NCBI GenBank assembly: GCA_963841435.1 | Contig: CAWJCS010000006.1 | Location: forward strand, 800,001 to 864,000 | Origin: an uncultured delta proteobacterium | Lineage (GTDB): Bacteria > Myxococcota_A > Polyangia > Polyangiales > Polyangiaceae | Reading direction: 5' to 3' | DNA: 64,000 nucleotides | Shown: in pieces, positions 33,714 through 42,986 of the stretch | Layout: each line of letters opens with the position of its first letter | Position numbering within the stretch: position 1 is the first letter of the stretch | The notes under the pieces: generated by a model | What the model was told of the DNA's origin: nothing | The model's database searches: none | What the model saw: only the letters and a program-made list of their open reading frames with translations | Program-made: the position numbers and the translations under genes

Positions 33714-33905
33714 TCGTACGTAGTGACGACGGATCGCGCCGGGCTCGACGCAGCGGCTGCTCGGTCGGGTACGCATGTTTGCCGCGCGCCGTGAATGACG
33801 CGACGCGCGGCCACGACGGGGCGTTTTGTCGCGCCTTGCTGAGCTGCGGCGCGCGTGCCGTTGGGCACGCACGGCGAGGCAGTGGGTCTCGCGTGGCGTG
33901 AGAGC

Positions 33906-36443
33906 CTATTGGAGAATCGCGGGCGACGGGTTGCCGGTGTAGACCTGCGTGCAGCGGGGCTTCGTCGGATCCGGCGGGCAGCTCAAGCCCTGGTAGAAGC
34001 TCAGCGGGTTCGCGAGCGGGGCGTAGCCGCTCGGGATCGACTGGTTCGAGAACGTCGCGAAGTACGAGAGGCAGGCGTCGCGCCACCAGCGCGCTTCATA
34101 GTGCTGGATTTGCAGGAAATCGGCGACGCTCTTGAAACGCGCGCCGTCGATGTAGCCATCGATGCCTGCCCACGTCTCGCGCATCGTCGCGACGGCGTCC
34201 ACGCCGCGGCTGTAGCGGTAGACGAGCTCCTCCCACAGGCTCTTTCCCGTATCGAGGCCAGCCTGCCAGCCCACGTGATGGAAGAAGAGCAGATCGTCGT
34301 CGGGCGTGGTCGCCAGGTTTTCGAACTCGTCGCGCACCGGAGCAAAGTACTGAGCCACGGCGTTGCTCCCCGTGCTCGTCCGGTCGAAGCCGAGGCCCTG
34401 CGTATCGGCCTTGTGATAGTAAACGGGGTTCCACTCGGCGCGGCTCAGGTCGCTCACCCAGGGAGCGGGACCGTAGTGGTGGTCACTGCCCATGATGTGA
34501 ACGAGGCCGAGCGGCGTCATGTAATCGACGATGGCCTGGCGGGAGCTCATCATCATCTGAGTGACGGGGCCGACCACGACGGGATCGTTGGAGAACGTCT
34601 GGCGTACCCACTCGTCGGCGATGCCCTGCGCCGTGAGATCGGCGTCCCACGCCAGGCGACCGAACGCGTACCAGTTCGCCTGGTTCATGTGGGAGCCGGT
34701 CCAGTTCGTGTCGTCCCCCACGTTCGATACGCCGGCGATGGCGCTCAACGTGTGGCCTTCGAGCGAGCCGTCAATCACCTTGGCGACGGTCGAGCCCGCG
34801 CCATTTGCATACGTGTCGGCGTCGAGCACCTCTTTGAACAGTGCCCCGAGGTACGCAAGGTGCGTGTCCTCGCCCAGGTACTCCTTGGTGATCTGGAGCT
34901 CGAGCGCGATCGGGGTTTTGGGCATGCCTCCGAACAACGGGTGGAACGGCTCGCGCGGCTGGAAATCCAAGGGGCCGTTCTTCGCCTGCACGAGGACGTT
35001 GTCGTCGAAGGAGCCGTCGAGCGGATGAAACTCGTCGTACGCTTGCTTGATTCGGTCGGGCGGGCTGTCGTTCGAATAGACGAAGGCTCGCCACATGACG
35101 ATGCCGCCGTGCGGTGCGATGGCCTCGGCGAGCATGTTGGCGCCTTCTGCGTGCGTGCGGCCGTAGTCCTGGGGGCCGGGCTGGCCCTCCGAGTTCGCCT
35201 TCACGAGGAAGCCGCCGAAGTCCGGGATCTGCTGGTAGAGCTCGTCGGCCTTGCTCGCCCACCACTGCTTGACGCTCGCGTCGTGTGGATCGGCGGTGGA
35301 AAGCCCGCCGATCTCCACGGGAGCGCTGAAGCGCGCCGTCAGGTAGACGGCGATGCCGTAGGGGCGCAGCACGTCGGCAATTGCCTTGAGCTTCGCGATG
35401 TAGCTCGTCGTCAGCACCTGCGCGTCGGCGTTGACGTTCGTGAGCACGGCGCCGTTGATGCCGATGGACGCGTTGGCTCGCGCGTAGTCCGTGTACTTCG
35501 GCGAGAGGGTGGCCGGCAGGGCGTTCCAGTCCCAGATCGAGCGACCGGCGTAACCGCGCTCCACGGTACGATCGAGGTTGTCCCAGTGATTGAGCAGGCG
35601 ACGCTTGATCCGCGGGGAGCTCGCGAGCGAAAGGCCGTCGAGCGAGCGGTGCATTTGCAAATGCCGGAGCAGCGCGAACGACCCGTAGAGCGTGCCAATC
35701 TCGGTGTTGCCCGTCACGACGATGACCGATGCGCCGCCGATGTCCGCGGGCTCGACGAGGTAGCCCTCGGGCCCGAGCGCGGCGACCTGTGCGGCGAGCG
35801 GGAGATCGCTGATGGGAGCCGTGGCGACCGTGCCTACGACGATCGAGCCGGCGCTCGGCGTCGTTCCCGTCCCGATCGTCGCGCCGGTGAGCCCGCCGAT
35901 GCCCTTCACGAGCTCGGCGACGGCGGCGTCAACGCTCGCGCCGCTTCCCACTTTCACAATGTCCTTCAGCGCGGACTGATACTCGGCGAGCCTCCCCGGA
36001 ATCGGCACCTTGGGATACCGCAGCCACAGATCGGCGCCCGTCTCGTCGGGCAGCGAGTCCGGCTTCGGGTACGGCTCTTCAATCCCGCCGCCGCTACCGC
36101 CCGCGGCGCCACTATCGCCGCCCGAACCCGCGCTTCCGCCCACGCCGCCCGCGGCCCCAGCGGTCCCAGCGGCCCCGGCGGCGCTCCCTCCGACACCACT
36201 GCCCGACGCCCCGGCCGCCGCAGAGCCACCTGCCGCGCCGCTGGTGCCACCACCCGAGAGGCCTGCGCTGCCACCAGCCAAGGGAGGCTGAGCGCCGCCG
36301 CCCGCAGCAGCTGCCATCCCGCCCGCGCCACCGTTCGACGCTGGCCGCCCCTCGGACGAGCATCCGAGCGTGAGCGCGAGACCGACGGCGCCGGCAACCC
36401 TGGCGGCTTGCCTCCACAGGAGCCGAGGACGGGAAGTCGACAT
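33906..36443 (-). CDS. aguA: Alpha-glucuronidase (GH67) with lipoprotein signal and Gly-rich linker
   Basis: LWLRY, NHWDNLDRTVERGYAG, YARANASIGING, FGGFLVKANSEGQPGP, KNGPLDFQPREP, ELQITKEYLG, HHYGPAP. Lipobox TLGC. Confidence 0.93.
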   Translation of the reverse strand: MSTSRPRLLWRQAARVAGAVGLALTLGCSSEGRPASNGGAGGMAAAAGGGAQPPLAGGSAGLSGGGTSGAAGGSAAAGASGSGVGGSAAGAAGTAGAAGGVGGSAGSGGDSGAAGGSGGGIEEPYPKPDSLPDETGADLWLRYPKVPIPGRLAEYQSALKDIVKVGSGASVDAAVAELVKGIGGLTGATIGTGTTPSAGSIVVGTVATAPISDLPLAAQVAALGPEGYLVEPADIGGASVIVVTGNTEIGTLYGSFALLRHLQMHRSLDGLSLASSPRIKRRLLNHWDNLDRTVERGYAGRSIWDWNALPATLSPKYTDYARANASIGINGAVLTNVNADAQVLTTSYIAKLKAIADVLRPYGIAVYLTARFSAPVEIGGLSTADPHDASVKQWWASKADELYQQIPDFGGFLVKANSEGQPGPQDYGRTHAEGANMLAEAIAPHGGIVMWRAFVYSNDSPPDRIKQAYDEFHPLDGSFDDNVLVQAKNGPLDFQPREPFHPLFGGMPKTPIALELQITKEYLGEDTHLAYLGALFKEVLDADTYANGAGSTVAKVIDGSLEGHTLSAIAGVSNVGDDTNWTGSHMNQANWYAFGRLAWDADLTAQGIADEWVRQTFSNDPVVVGPVTQMMMSSRQAIVDYMTPLGLVHIMGSDHHYGPAPWVSDLSRAEWNPVYYHKADTQGLGFDRTSTGSNAVAQYFAPVRDEFENLATTPDDDLLFFHHVGWQAGLDTGKSLWEELVYRYSRGVDAVATMRETWAGIDGYIDGARFKSVADFLQIQHYEARWWRDACLSYFATFSNQSIPSGYAPLANPLSFYQGLSCPPDPTKPRCTQVYTGNPSPAILQ

Positions 36444-36726
36444 TCTTGAAAGCGATTCCAAAACGCGGGGGATGAGACTCTCTAATTCTAGCGAAGCTCA
36501 GGTGCCAGGATCCTTCGGAACTGACGCAGGTTGCTCAACGGAACAGCCTTTCGCCAGCTCAAACCCTCTCCGCCGCCTCCGGGCATGGGGGCGAAGCGGC
36601 CTCATGCGCCTCGCGAGCGAATCCGGATGTTGACGCACTGAAATATCGATTGCGCGGACCGCACGAGTGCCGCCCGAAAGCGCCACCGGTGGTAGCCTTC
36701 GAGTCGTGCAGTTGGTGTCGGGCGGA

Positions 36727-37605
36727 GTGGCGCGCTCACTCGTCCGTCGGATGGGCCTCGTGCTCCTGATGGGCGGCGCCGCTCTGCCTGGGTGCGCCGG
36801 CCAGAGCGACGGTGGTAAGGCTTCGGGATCGGTAGGCGGCGCCGCGGCCGGCGGTGGAGCTGGCGCGGTCGGAGGGACCGGTGGGTCCGCGGGCAGCGTT
36901 GGGGGAGGCATGGGTGGTTCCGCGGTCGTGTCGGGCGCAGGCGGCAGCATCGGGGGGATGGGTGTCGCGGGCGCTCCGGGCAGCGGCGGCGGGGTGAGCG
37001 GCGGTCGCTCGGGGGGTGGCGGAGTCGCGGGAGGAAGCGGCGTCGTGGGAGGAAGCGGCGTCGTGGGAGGAAGCGGCGTCGCGGGTGACATGGGTGGGGC
37101 CGGGGAAGAAGCGGGCGCTGGAGGTGGCAGCGGAACTGCCGGCGGGATGGGAGGCGCTCCGAGCGTCGGGCCCTGCGACATCTACGTGGACGCCGGCGTT
37201 CCCTGTGTCGGCGCGTACAGCATGGTGAGGGTGCTCGCGAGCGCGTACGGTGGGCCGCTCTATCAGGTGCGAAAGGGTGGGCCTGACCCAAACCTCGGTG
37301 AGGGCGGCGAGACACAGGACATTGGCGTCACCGCGAGCGGCTTCGGTGATGCGGCCGCACAAGATGCATTCTGCGGCAGCGAAAGGTGCACCGTATCGGT
37401 CTTGTATGATCAGTCGGGAAAAGGGAACGACCTGAAAGCCGCAGGTCAAAGCTGTTACCAATCCGCGCCACCGCCGACGGCCTACGAAGCGGCCGCCGAC
37501 GCCCACCCGCTGAACGTTCGCGGTCAGGACGTCTACGCGCTCTTCACGGGGCACAACGAGGGGTATCGCAACAACCAGGCCGCGGACACCTGCGGCAGGT
37601 CATGA
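36727..37605 (+). pseudogene. 3'-truncated GH54 alpha-L-arabinofuranosidase B lipoprotein
   Basis: Lipobox LPGC, Gly linker, GPCDIY..CVGAYSMVR..YGGPLYQVR..AAAQDAFC..LYDQSGKGNDL..GYRNN, then a stop. The catalytic-region motifs (CCFDYGN, DLExG) are absent. Confidence 0.8.
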
Positions 37606-37751
37606 TGAGCGTGGAGCACCGGCTGAGCCTGCCTTTTGCGTTGCTTTGTTTCCGCCGCCTTGAATAGCCCCCGTTCGGGCACCTCCCGAGGAACCAGTTC
37701 ACCCGCATGACCCCGTGCGGTCTTCGGACCGCACAAAGGACGGACCCCTCG

Positions 37752-39500
37752 ATGTATTTCGCTCGCTCGGCCCCGACGCTTTTCGTTTCCCTTTTGGCGG
37801 TCACCGCGGCGTTCGGCTGCTCGTCCGGCGAGGATCCTGCGCCCGCGTCGTCCGGCGGCGCCACGGGCGGCGTCGGCGGCGGCGTCGGCGGGAGCGGTGG
37901 CGCCGCCGCCGCCGCGGCAGGCACGGCGGGGGGCAGCGGCGCTGCGCCCGTGGGTGGCACCGCGGGCGCGCTCACCACGGGCGGCGCCTCCGGAGCCAGC
38001 GGGGCCGGGGCAGTCGCCGGCAGTGCGGGGGCCGTCGGCGGCACGGCGGGTTTCGGCGCCGGGGGCGGCGCCGGTGATTCGAGCGTTGGCGGGTTCGCCG
38101 GCAGCTCTGGCAGCCCGACGGGCGGCAGCGCGGGCGCTTCGGACGGTGGGGCCGCGGGCACGACCACCGGCGGAAGCGGCGGAAGCGCCGGCGCGACACC
38201 GGGCAACTGCAACTTCACCGTGGAGGCACAAACCGCCGACAAGGCCGGCACCAACGGCATCCCCACGGTCGGTATCGTAAACTGGTCGGTCGATCTGCCG
38301 AGCCTCACGAAGGCCAGCATCGTGTTCGGCGCCCAGGGCGGCGCGACGACGATGACCGCGCCCGTCAACGTCACGACGGGTCCGAGCTTCCGAACGCTAC
38401 TGCTCGGCATGAAGGCCTCGAAGACCTACGACTTCCACGTCGAGGTCGAGGGGGGCGGCATGAGTTGCTCGAGCATGCCGTCGTCGATCACCACGGGCGC
38501 GTTGCCCTCCGCGCTGCCGCGCGTCACCCGGACGACGGGCTCCGCGGCAGCGTCGCAGGCCAAGGGCTTTCTCACGGTCAGCACGGGCTTGGCCGGCGGC
38601 GGTGGGATGGGAGGGGGCGGCGCGTCGTACGCGTTCATCCTGGATGCCGACGGGGACATCGTGTGGTGGACGACGGCCCCCGCGCAATGCAGCCGCGCCA
38701 AGATGAGCGGCGACGGTCAGCACATGTGGATGGTGTCGCTGAACGTCGGCAACGGCCAGAAAGACGGCGGCGAGGTCGATCGCGTTTCGATGGACGGCCT
38801 CACGCGAAACACCAAGATCCCCGGCTTCTCGAACTGCCACCACGACATCACCGTGCTCCCGACGGGTGGCAAGGCGGCGTGCCTATCTTGGATCCAGCAA
38901 AGCGGCGATCAACCGAGCGACCTCATCGAGGGTGATGGCGACGGCAACATCACCACCGTCGCACGCATCGATTCCACCGTCTACGCGAGCAGCCGCTTCC
39001 ATGCCAACGCGCTTCACTACCATCCGACCGACGACAGCTACACCATCAGCGACCGCAACCCGAACCTGTTCGTCAAGATCAGCCACGCCGGCAAGGTGCT
39101 CTGGCAGCTCGGCGGGAGCTGCTCGGGGGCGCCTGCACCTTCGTGTGTCGGGGGCAGCTGGCAAGTGAACCACGGGCACGACATGCCCGACGACGGCAGC
39201 GGGGCGTTCCTGTTCTTCAACAACGGCTCGAGCGGCTCGTCCACCGTCTTCAAGTACCAGTTGAACGAGACCGGAGCGTTCACGGCCACCGAGGTTTGGA
39301 CGTACAAGCCCGGCACCACGAGCAACGTGCTCGGCGACGTGCAGCAGCTGCCCAACGGCAACGTGCTCGTGGCGTTCTCGACCGCGAGCGTGGTCCACGA
39401 AATCGACTCGAGTCGAACGCTCGTGCAGCAGCTGAGCGGCGGCATCGGCGGCTACGTCGAGTGGCGCGAGACGTTGTACGGCCCGCCCGCGCGTTACTGA
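37752..39500 (+). CDS. Arylsulfate sulfotransferase (ASST)-like beta-propeller lipoprotein
   Basis: Lipobox AFGC, Gly linker, LLGMKASKTYDF, ILDADGDIVWW, CHHD, FHANAL, WQLGG, NHGH, FNNG, GDVQQLPNGNVLV. Confidence 0.75.
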   Translation: MYFARSAPTLFVSLLAVTAAFGCSSGEDPAPASSGGATGGVGGGVGGSGGAAAAAAGTAGGSGAAPVGGTAGALTTGGASGASGAGAVAGSAGAVGGTAGFGAGGGAGDSSVGGFAGSSGSPTGGSAGASDGGAAGTTTGGSGGSAGATPGNCNFTVEAQTADKAGTNGIPTVGIVNWSVDLPSLTKASIVFGAQGGATTMTAPVNVTTGPSFRTLLLGMKASKTYDFHVEVEGGGMSCSSMPSSITTGALPSALPRVTRTTGSAAASQAKGFLTVSTGLAGGGGMGGGGASYAFILDADGDIVWWTTAPAQCSRAKMSGDGQHMWMVSLNVGNGQKDGGEVDRVSMDGLTRNTKIPGFSNCHHDITVLPTGGKAACLSWIQQSGDQPSDLIEGDGDGNITTVARIDSTVYASSRFHANALHYHPTDDSYTISDRNPNLFVKISHAGKVLWQLGGSCSGAPAPSCVGGSWQVNHGHDMPDDGSGAFLFFNNGSSGSSTVFKYQLNETGAFTATEVWTYKPGTTSNVLGDVQQLPNGNVLVAFSTASVVHEIDSSRTLVQQLSGGIGGYVEWRETLYGPPARY

Positions 39501-39543
39501 CGCTCCTCGCGATCGCCGGCTGGGCGGTCTCTTCGGGACGGCC

Positions 39544-40605
39544 CTACCAGGCTCGCCGGTACTGCTTCGGCGCCGGGAGCTCGGCGCCGAGCGCGCGGGC
39601 CGCGCGGCGAGCGAAGTACGGATCGCGCAGCATCTCTCGCGCGAGCAGCACGAGATCGGCTTGGCCCGATCGGATGACGTGATCGGCTTGCTCGGGCGAC
39701 ACGATGAGCCCGACCGCTCCCGTCGCGAGCCCCGATCGCCGCCGGATCTCCGCAGCAAGGCCGGTCTGGTAGCCGGGCCCGACCGGGAACTTCACTCCGG
39801 GCACGAGCCCCCCGCTCGACACGTTGACGAGCGACACGCCGTCGTGTCTTATCGCTTCGGCGAGCGCAGAGGATTGCTCGAGATCCCAGCCGCCCTCGTG
39901 CCAATCGGTCGCCGAGACACGCACGAAGAGCGGGAGCTGCTCGGGCCAGACGCTCCGCACTGCGGCGATCACACGCCGTAAGAGGCGGATCCTATTTTCG
40001 AACGAGCCCCCGTGATCGTCAGCCCGTCGGTTCGAAAGGGGCGACAGGAACTCGTGCAAGAGGTAGCCGTGGGCGGCATGGATTTCGACCACCTCGAACC
40101 CCGCTTCGAGCGCGCGCCGCGCCGCGCCGGTGAACGCATGCACGATCTGGTCGAGCTCGTCGCGCGCCAGCGCTTGGGGAACCTGGCTCCGTTCGTCGAA
40201 CGGCACGGCGCTCGGCGCCACGATCGGCGTCCAGCCGCCCCCGTCCGGCGCGAGCGACGCGCCGCCGTCCCATGGCACGGCCGTGCTCGCCTTGCGCCCG
40301 GCATGCGCCAGCTGAATGCCGGCGATCGCGCCCTGCTCCTTGACGAACCGCGCAATCGGCTCCCACGCGGCGACGTGCGAATCGAGCCAGAGCCCCGTGC
40401 ACCCGGGGCTGATCCGACCGCGCGCTTCGACCGCCGTGGCCTCCGCCATCACGAGCGCTGCCCCGCCTACCGCCCGGCTGCCGAGGTGCACGAGGTGCCA
40501 GGTGCTCGGGTGCCCCTCCGTGGCAGAGTACTGGCACATTGACGAGACTGCGATGCGGTTCTTTAGGGTGAGGCCCGCGAGCTCGAGGGGAGCGAAGAGG
40601 TGCAT
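39544..40605 (-). CDS. NADH:flavin oxidoreductase (Old Yellow Enzyme, YqjM/XenA type)
   Basis: NRIAVSSMCQYSA, IQLAHAGRKAS, EIHAAHGYLLHEFLSPLSNRR, AREMLRDPY, PKQYRRAW. Confidence 0.93.
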   Translation of the reverse strand: MHLFAPLELAGLTLKNRIAVSSMCQYSATEGHPSTWHLVHLGSRAVGGAALVMAEATAVEARGRISPGCTGLWLDSHVAAWEPIARFVKEQGAIAGIQLAHAGRKASTAVPWDGGASLAPDGGGWTPIVAPSAVPFDERSQVPQALARDELDQIVHAFTGAARRALEAGFEVVEIHAAHGYLLHEFLSPLSNRRADDHGGSFENRIRLLRRVIAAVRSVWPEQLPLFVRVSATDWHEGGWDLEQSSALAEAIRHDGVSLVNVSSGGLVPGVKFPVGPGYQTGLAAEIRRRSGLATGAVGLIVSPEQADHVIRSGQADLVLLAREMLRDPYFARRAARALGAELPAPKQYRRAW

Positions 40606-40744
40606 GCCCCTGCACTACCACTTCGGAGGCGACTGGCGCGCCCCAGGGAGGGCTGTGCAATCCGATCGCTTCCGCCCTGTCGAGTCATCGGGCCCACAAC
40701 ACCCCGTGAGCCACGCGACCGCTGCCGCGTCGGTGAGTAGGCTC

Positions 40745-41365
40745 ATGGCGACTCATCCTAGCGATCCCACGACGGCCGGCAATGGCGGCTTTGGTGTTCG
40801 CAGGTGTTGCGGGCTGGTGCTCGGAGGCTGGCTAGCGTTGCTGGTCGAGGGTTGTGGCGTTCGTTTCGGTGGGACGAGACCGCCCGAACCGCTGCCTGTC
40901 GATCCTGCGATGATGTGTGACGGCCGTCCCGTGAAAGCTCGGCCCCCACCACCGCCCGGCCGCCCGCAAGTACCCGCGAAGGGCTCCGCGGCGCGGGCGA
41001 TCCTCGAGGCGTATTGCGAGCGCTCCGATGAGCTCCGAGACTGCTACGGCGACACGCTCTGGCGCGATCGCAATGCGGAAGGGATGGTCACCGCGCGGCT
41101 GGTTCTCGATCGGGGCGGACGGCCGAGCAACGTCTGCTTCCTGGATACCGCGATCAACGATGCCGAAGCACTTCGCTGCATTCGCGACGTCTTGGCGTCC
41201 GTCGTCACCCCCCCGCTCGCCAAGCCGACTCGGGTGGTCTTGCCAGTGCGGCTGGTGAGGACTACCGGCGGCGGGGTCGAAGAAAACCACGGCCCATGCG
41301 AGGAGCTCCGCAGAGAACGGGAATTCTCCGATGGCCAGACCCGCGCATCGAATACCTGGCCGTAG
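40745..41365 (+). CDS. Putative lipoprotein with AgmX/PglI/TonB-C-like domain
   Basis: LVEGC. ELRDCYGDTLWRDRNAEGMVTARLVLDRGGRPSNV..ALRCI..VVLPVRL. The 3' end runs into the integrase remnant. Confidence 0.55.
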   Translation: MATHPSDPTTAGNGGFGVRRCCGLVLGGWLALLVEGCGVRFGGTRPPEPLPVDPAMMCDGRPVKARPPPPPGRPQVPAKGSAARAILEAYCERSDELRDCYGDTLWRDRNAEGMVTARLVLDRGGRPSNVCFLDTAINDAEALRCIRDVLASVVTPPLAKPTRVVLPVRLVRTTGGGVEENHGPCEELRREREFSDGQTRASNTWP

Positions 41366-41500
41366 AGGCCGTCACGGTCACGGATGTACCTCGCGACCGT
41401 ATCCTTGCTCACGTCGTGCCCGAGCTTGGCGAGTGCTGCAGCGATGCGGCGCCGACTCCACAGCGGATCCTCGGCGGCGATGCGCTCGATCAAGGCGAGC
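41339..41500 (-). mobile_element. Internally deleted integrase-core/transposase remnant
   Basis: LIERIAAEDPLWSRRRIAAALAKLGHDVSKDTVARYI (HTH) joined directly to RDRDGLYGQVFDARV (second catalytic Asp region of rve-type integrases). Confidence 0.7.
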
Positions 41501-41559
41501 TTGCTGATCGGCTCGCTGTAGGACAACAGGCTGCCTATCGGCCTCTCTGACCTCAGGGA

Positions 41560-42475
41560 TGTCGTGTTTGCGGCGGGCAGGGAGAGGCCCGCAGACATCG
41601 ACGACCGGCGCTGGGCAGTCATCGTAGTGGCAGTCACAGTACCGCAACGTCGGACACGAGAAGACGCCGGCAAACTCCCACGCGGTCGCCGGATTGCAGG
41701 TCGGACAGTCGAAGACGACGCTAACCCGGTGATGCTTGAGGTCAAGTAGCCCGTGATGGTGTGTCCGAACTCGGTATAACCACTAATAGGGCAGGGTGGT
41801 GTCGAGCAGGGGTCGTGGCCGCCGAGCGTGATGTGCAGCGTACCCACCGTGCCCTCGTAAGGGCTCCCCCAGACATTGGTAATGCCCGGTATGGTACTGT
41901 TCGGGGTCGGGACCACCGGAGCGGGCGGCGCGCTGAACACGGTCAACGTGGGATCAGAGGGCACCGTGGGCCCGATACCCAGCGTCGGAGTCACGTCTAG
42001 CGGAACGCTCGACACCGTTCGCGTTGCCGGGGCGATGGCATGGATCGAGTGCGGGCCGGCGGTGAGGGTCGCGGGCAGCTCGATCATCGCGTTCCAGGAA
42101 TCTCTGAATGGAACGGCCACCTCCTGCCCATCCACACAAATCCGGAAAATCGCCGTCGAACGCGCCGTCGAGGAGCACCGCGCCGCCAGCGCCTTGTGCA
42201 GGCGTCAGCACGGCGTTCAGAATCTCGTTGCTCACCGTGCCCGCGGGCGCGGACGCGAGCTCGTCACATGTAGTAACGCCCAAGCCGCACACGCCGGCAA
42301 CACAATCGCCGGAAGCGCACTCCGAGCCTGCCACGCAGGGCTGCCCGTCCCTCGAGAGAACACAATTCCCGGCGCCGTCGCACGCCTCGGTCGAGCTGCA
42401 GGTCCTTCCGCGGGGAGCATTGGCGAACGCGCAGTCCTCGACCGTCGCACAGCGGCCCGAGGCACCGCATTACAA
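41560..42475 (-). pseudogene. 5'-truncated, frameshifted Cys-rich secreted protein remnant
   Basis: CSSTEACDGAGNC..GQPCVAGSECASGDCVAGVC followed by an Ig-like stretch across a frameshift near 42135. No intact start or signal peptide. Confidence 0.5.
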
Positions 42476-42548
42476 ATGACTATTGGCTGGTCGCTGCAGG
42501 GTGCCAAGGATTGAGGCGCCGTACATCTACACATCGCGGAGGTTGGCC

Positions 42549-42956
42549 ATGGATGGGCTCATCGGGTGGATTGTCATCGCCAGCGTCGTAAGCTCGATTG
42601 TTGGCGTCCTCTTCTGGGTAGCAATTGCCGTGTTCGCGGCCAAGGCAGCCGCCGAGGTGGCGCGCTCGGGCGGTGGGGGACCGTGGCCCGCCGCCGGCGT
42701 CGGCGGCCTCGACCCTCAATTCTTGCGCGCCATGCAGCAGCTTTCCGCGATCATCGCTCAGGCGCAGGCGGGACAGCGCGGCTCGAACAACGACGGTGCC
42801 ATGCAAGGCCAGTTCGCTTCCCAGATGCTGGCTGCCCAGCGCCAGTTTCACGCTCTCGATGATCTGAGCCGGCAAAAGCACGAAACGTTCGTGAGCGGCA
42901 TGCTGAGTGACGCCTCGGCGGCCGGTCTCGACGTGAGCGGTTGGAACATCAAGTAG
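42549..42956 (+). CDS. Hypothetical protein: one N-terminal TM helix and a Gln/Ala-rich helical tail
   Basis: GGAGG RBS. MDGLIGWIVIASVVSSIVGVLFWVAIAVFAAK. Ends 30 bp before the next gene. Confidence 0.7.
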   Translation: MDGLIGWIVIASVVSSIVGVLFWVAIAVFAAKAAAEVARSGGGGPWPAAGVGGLDPQFLRAMQQLSAIIAQAQAGQRGSNNDGAMQGQFASQMLAAQRQFHALDDLSRQKHETFVSGMLSDASAAGLDVSGWNIK

Positions 42957-42986
42957 CGTGCCGCTCTGGCCTGCGGAGGACGATCC

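Noticed and set aside
33855-36449. 864-aa plus-strand ORF and many similar long antisense ORFs (e.g. 477-1691, 2531-3889, 23434-25053, 42480-44276, 57879-59897)
   Set aside because: These are shadow frames opposite well-supported genes. They are expected at high GC and show no recognisable motifs.
36460-36720. Possible riboswitch or ncRNA between aguA and the truncated GH54
   Set aside because: I could not match a full conserved aptamer by eye. An Rfam/Infernal scan would be needed.
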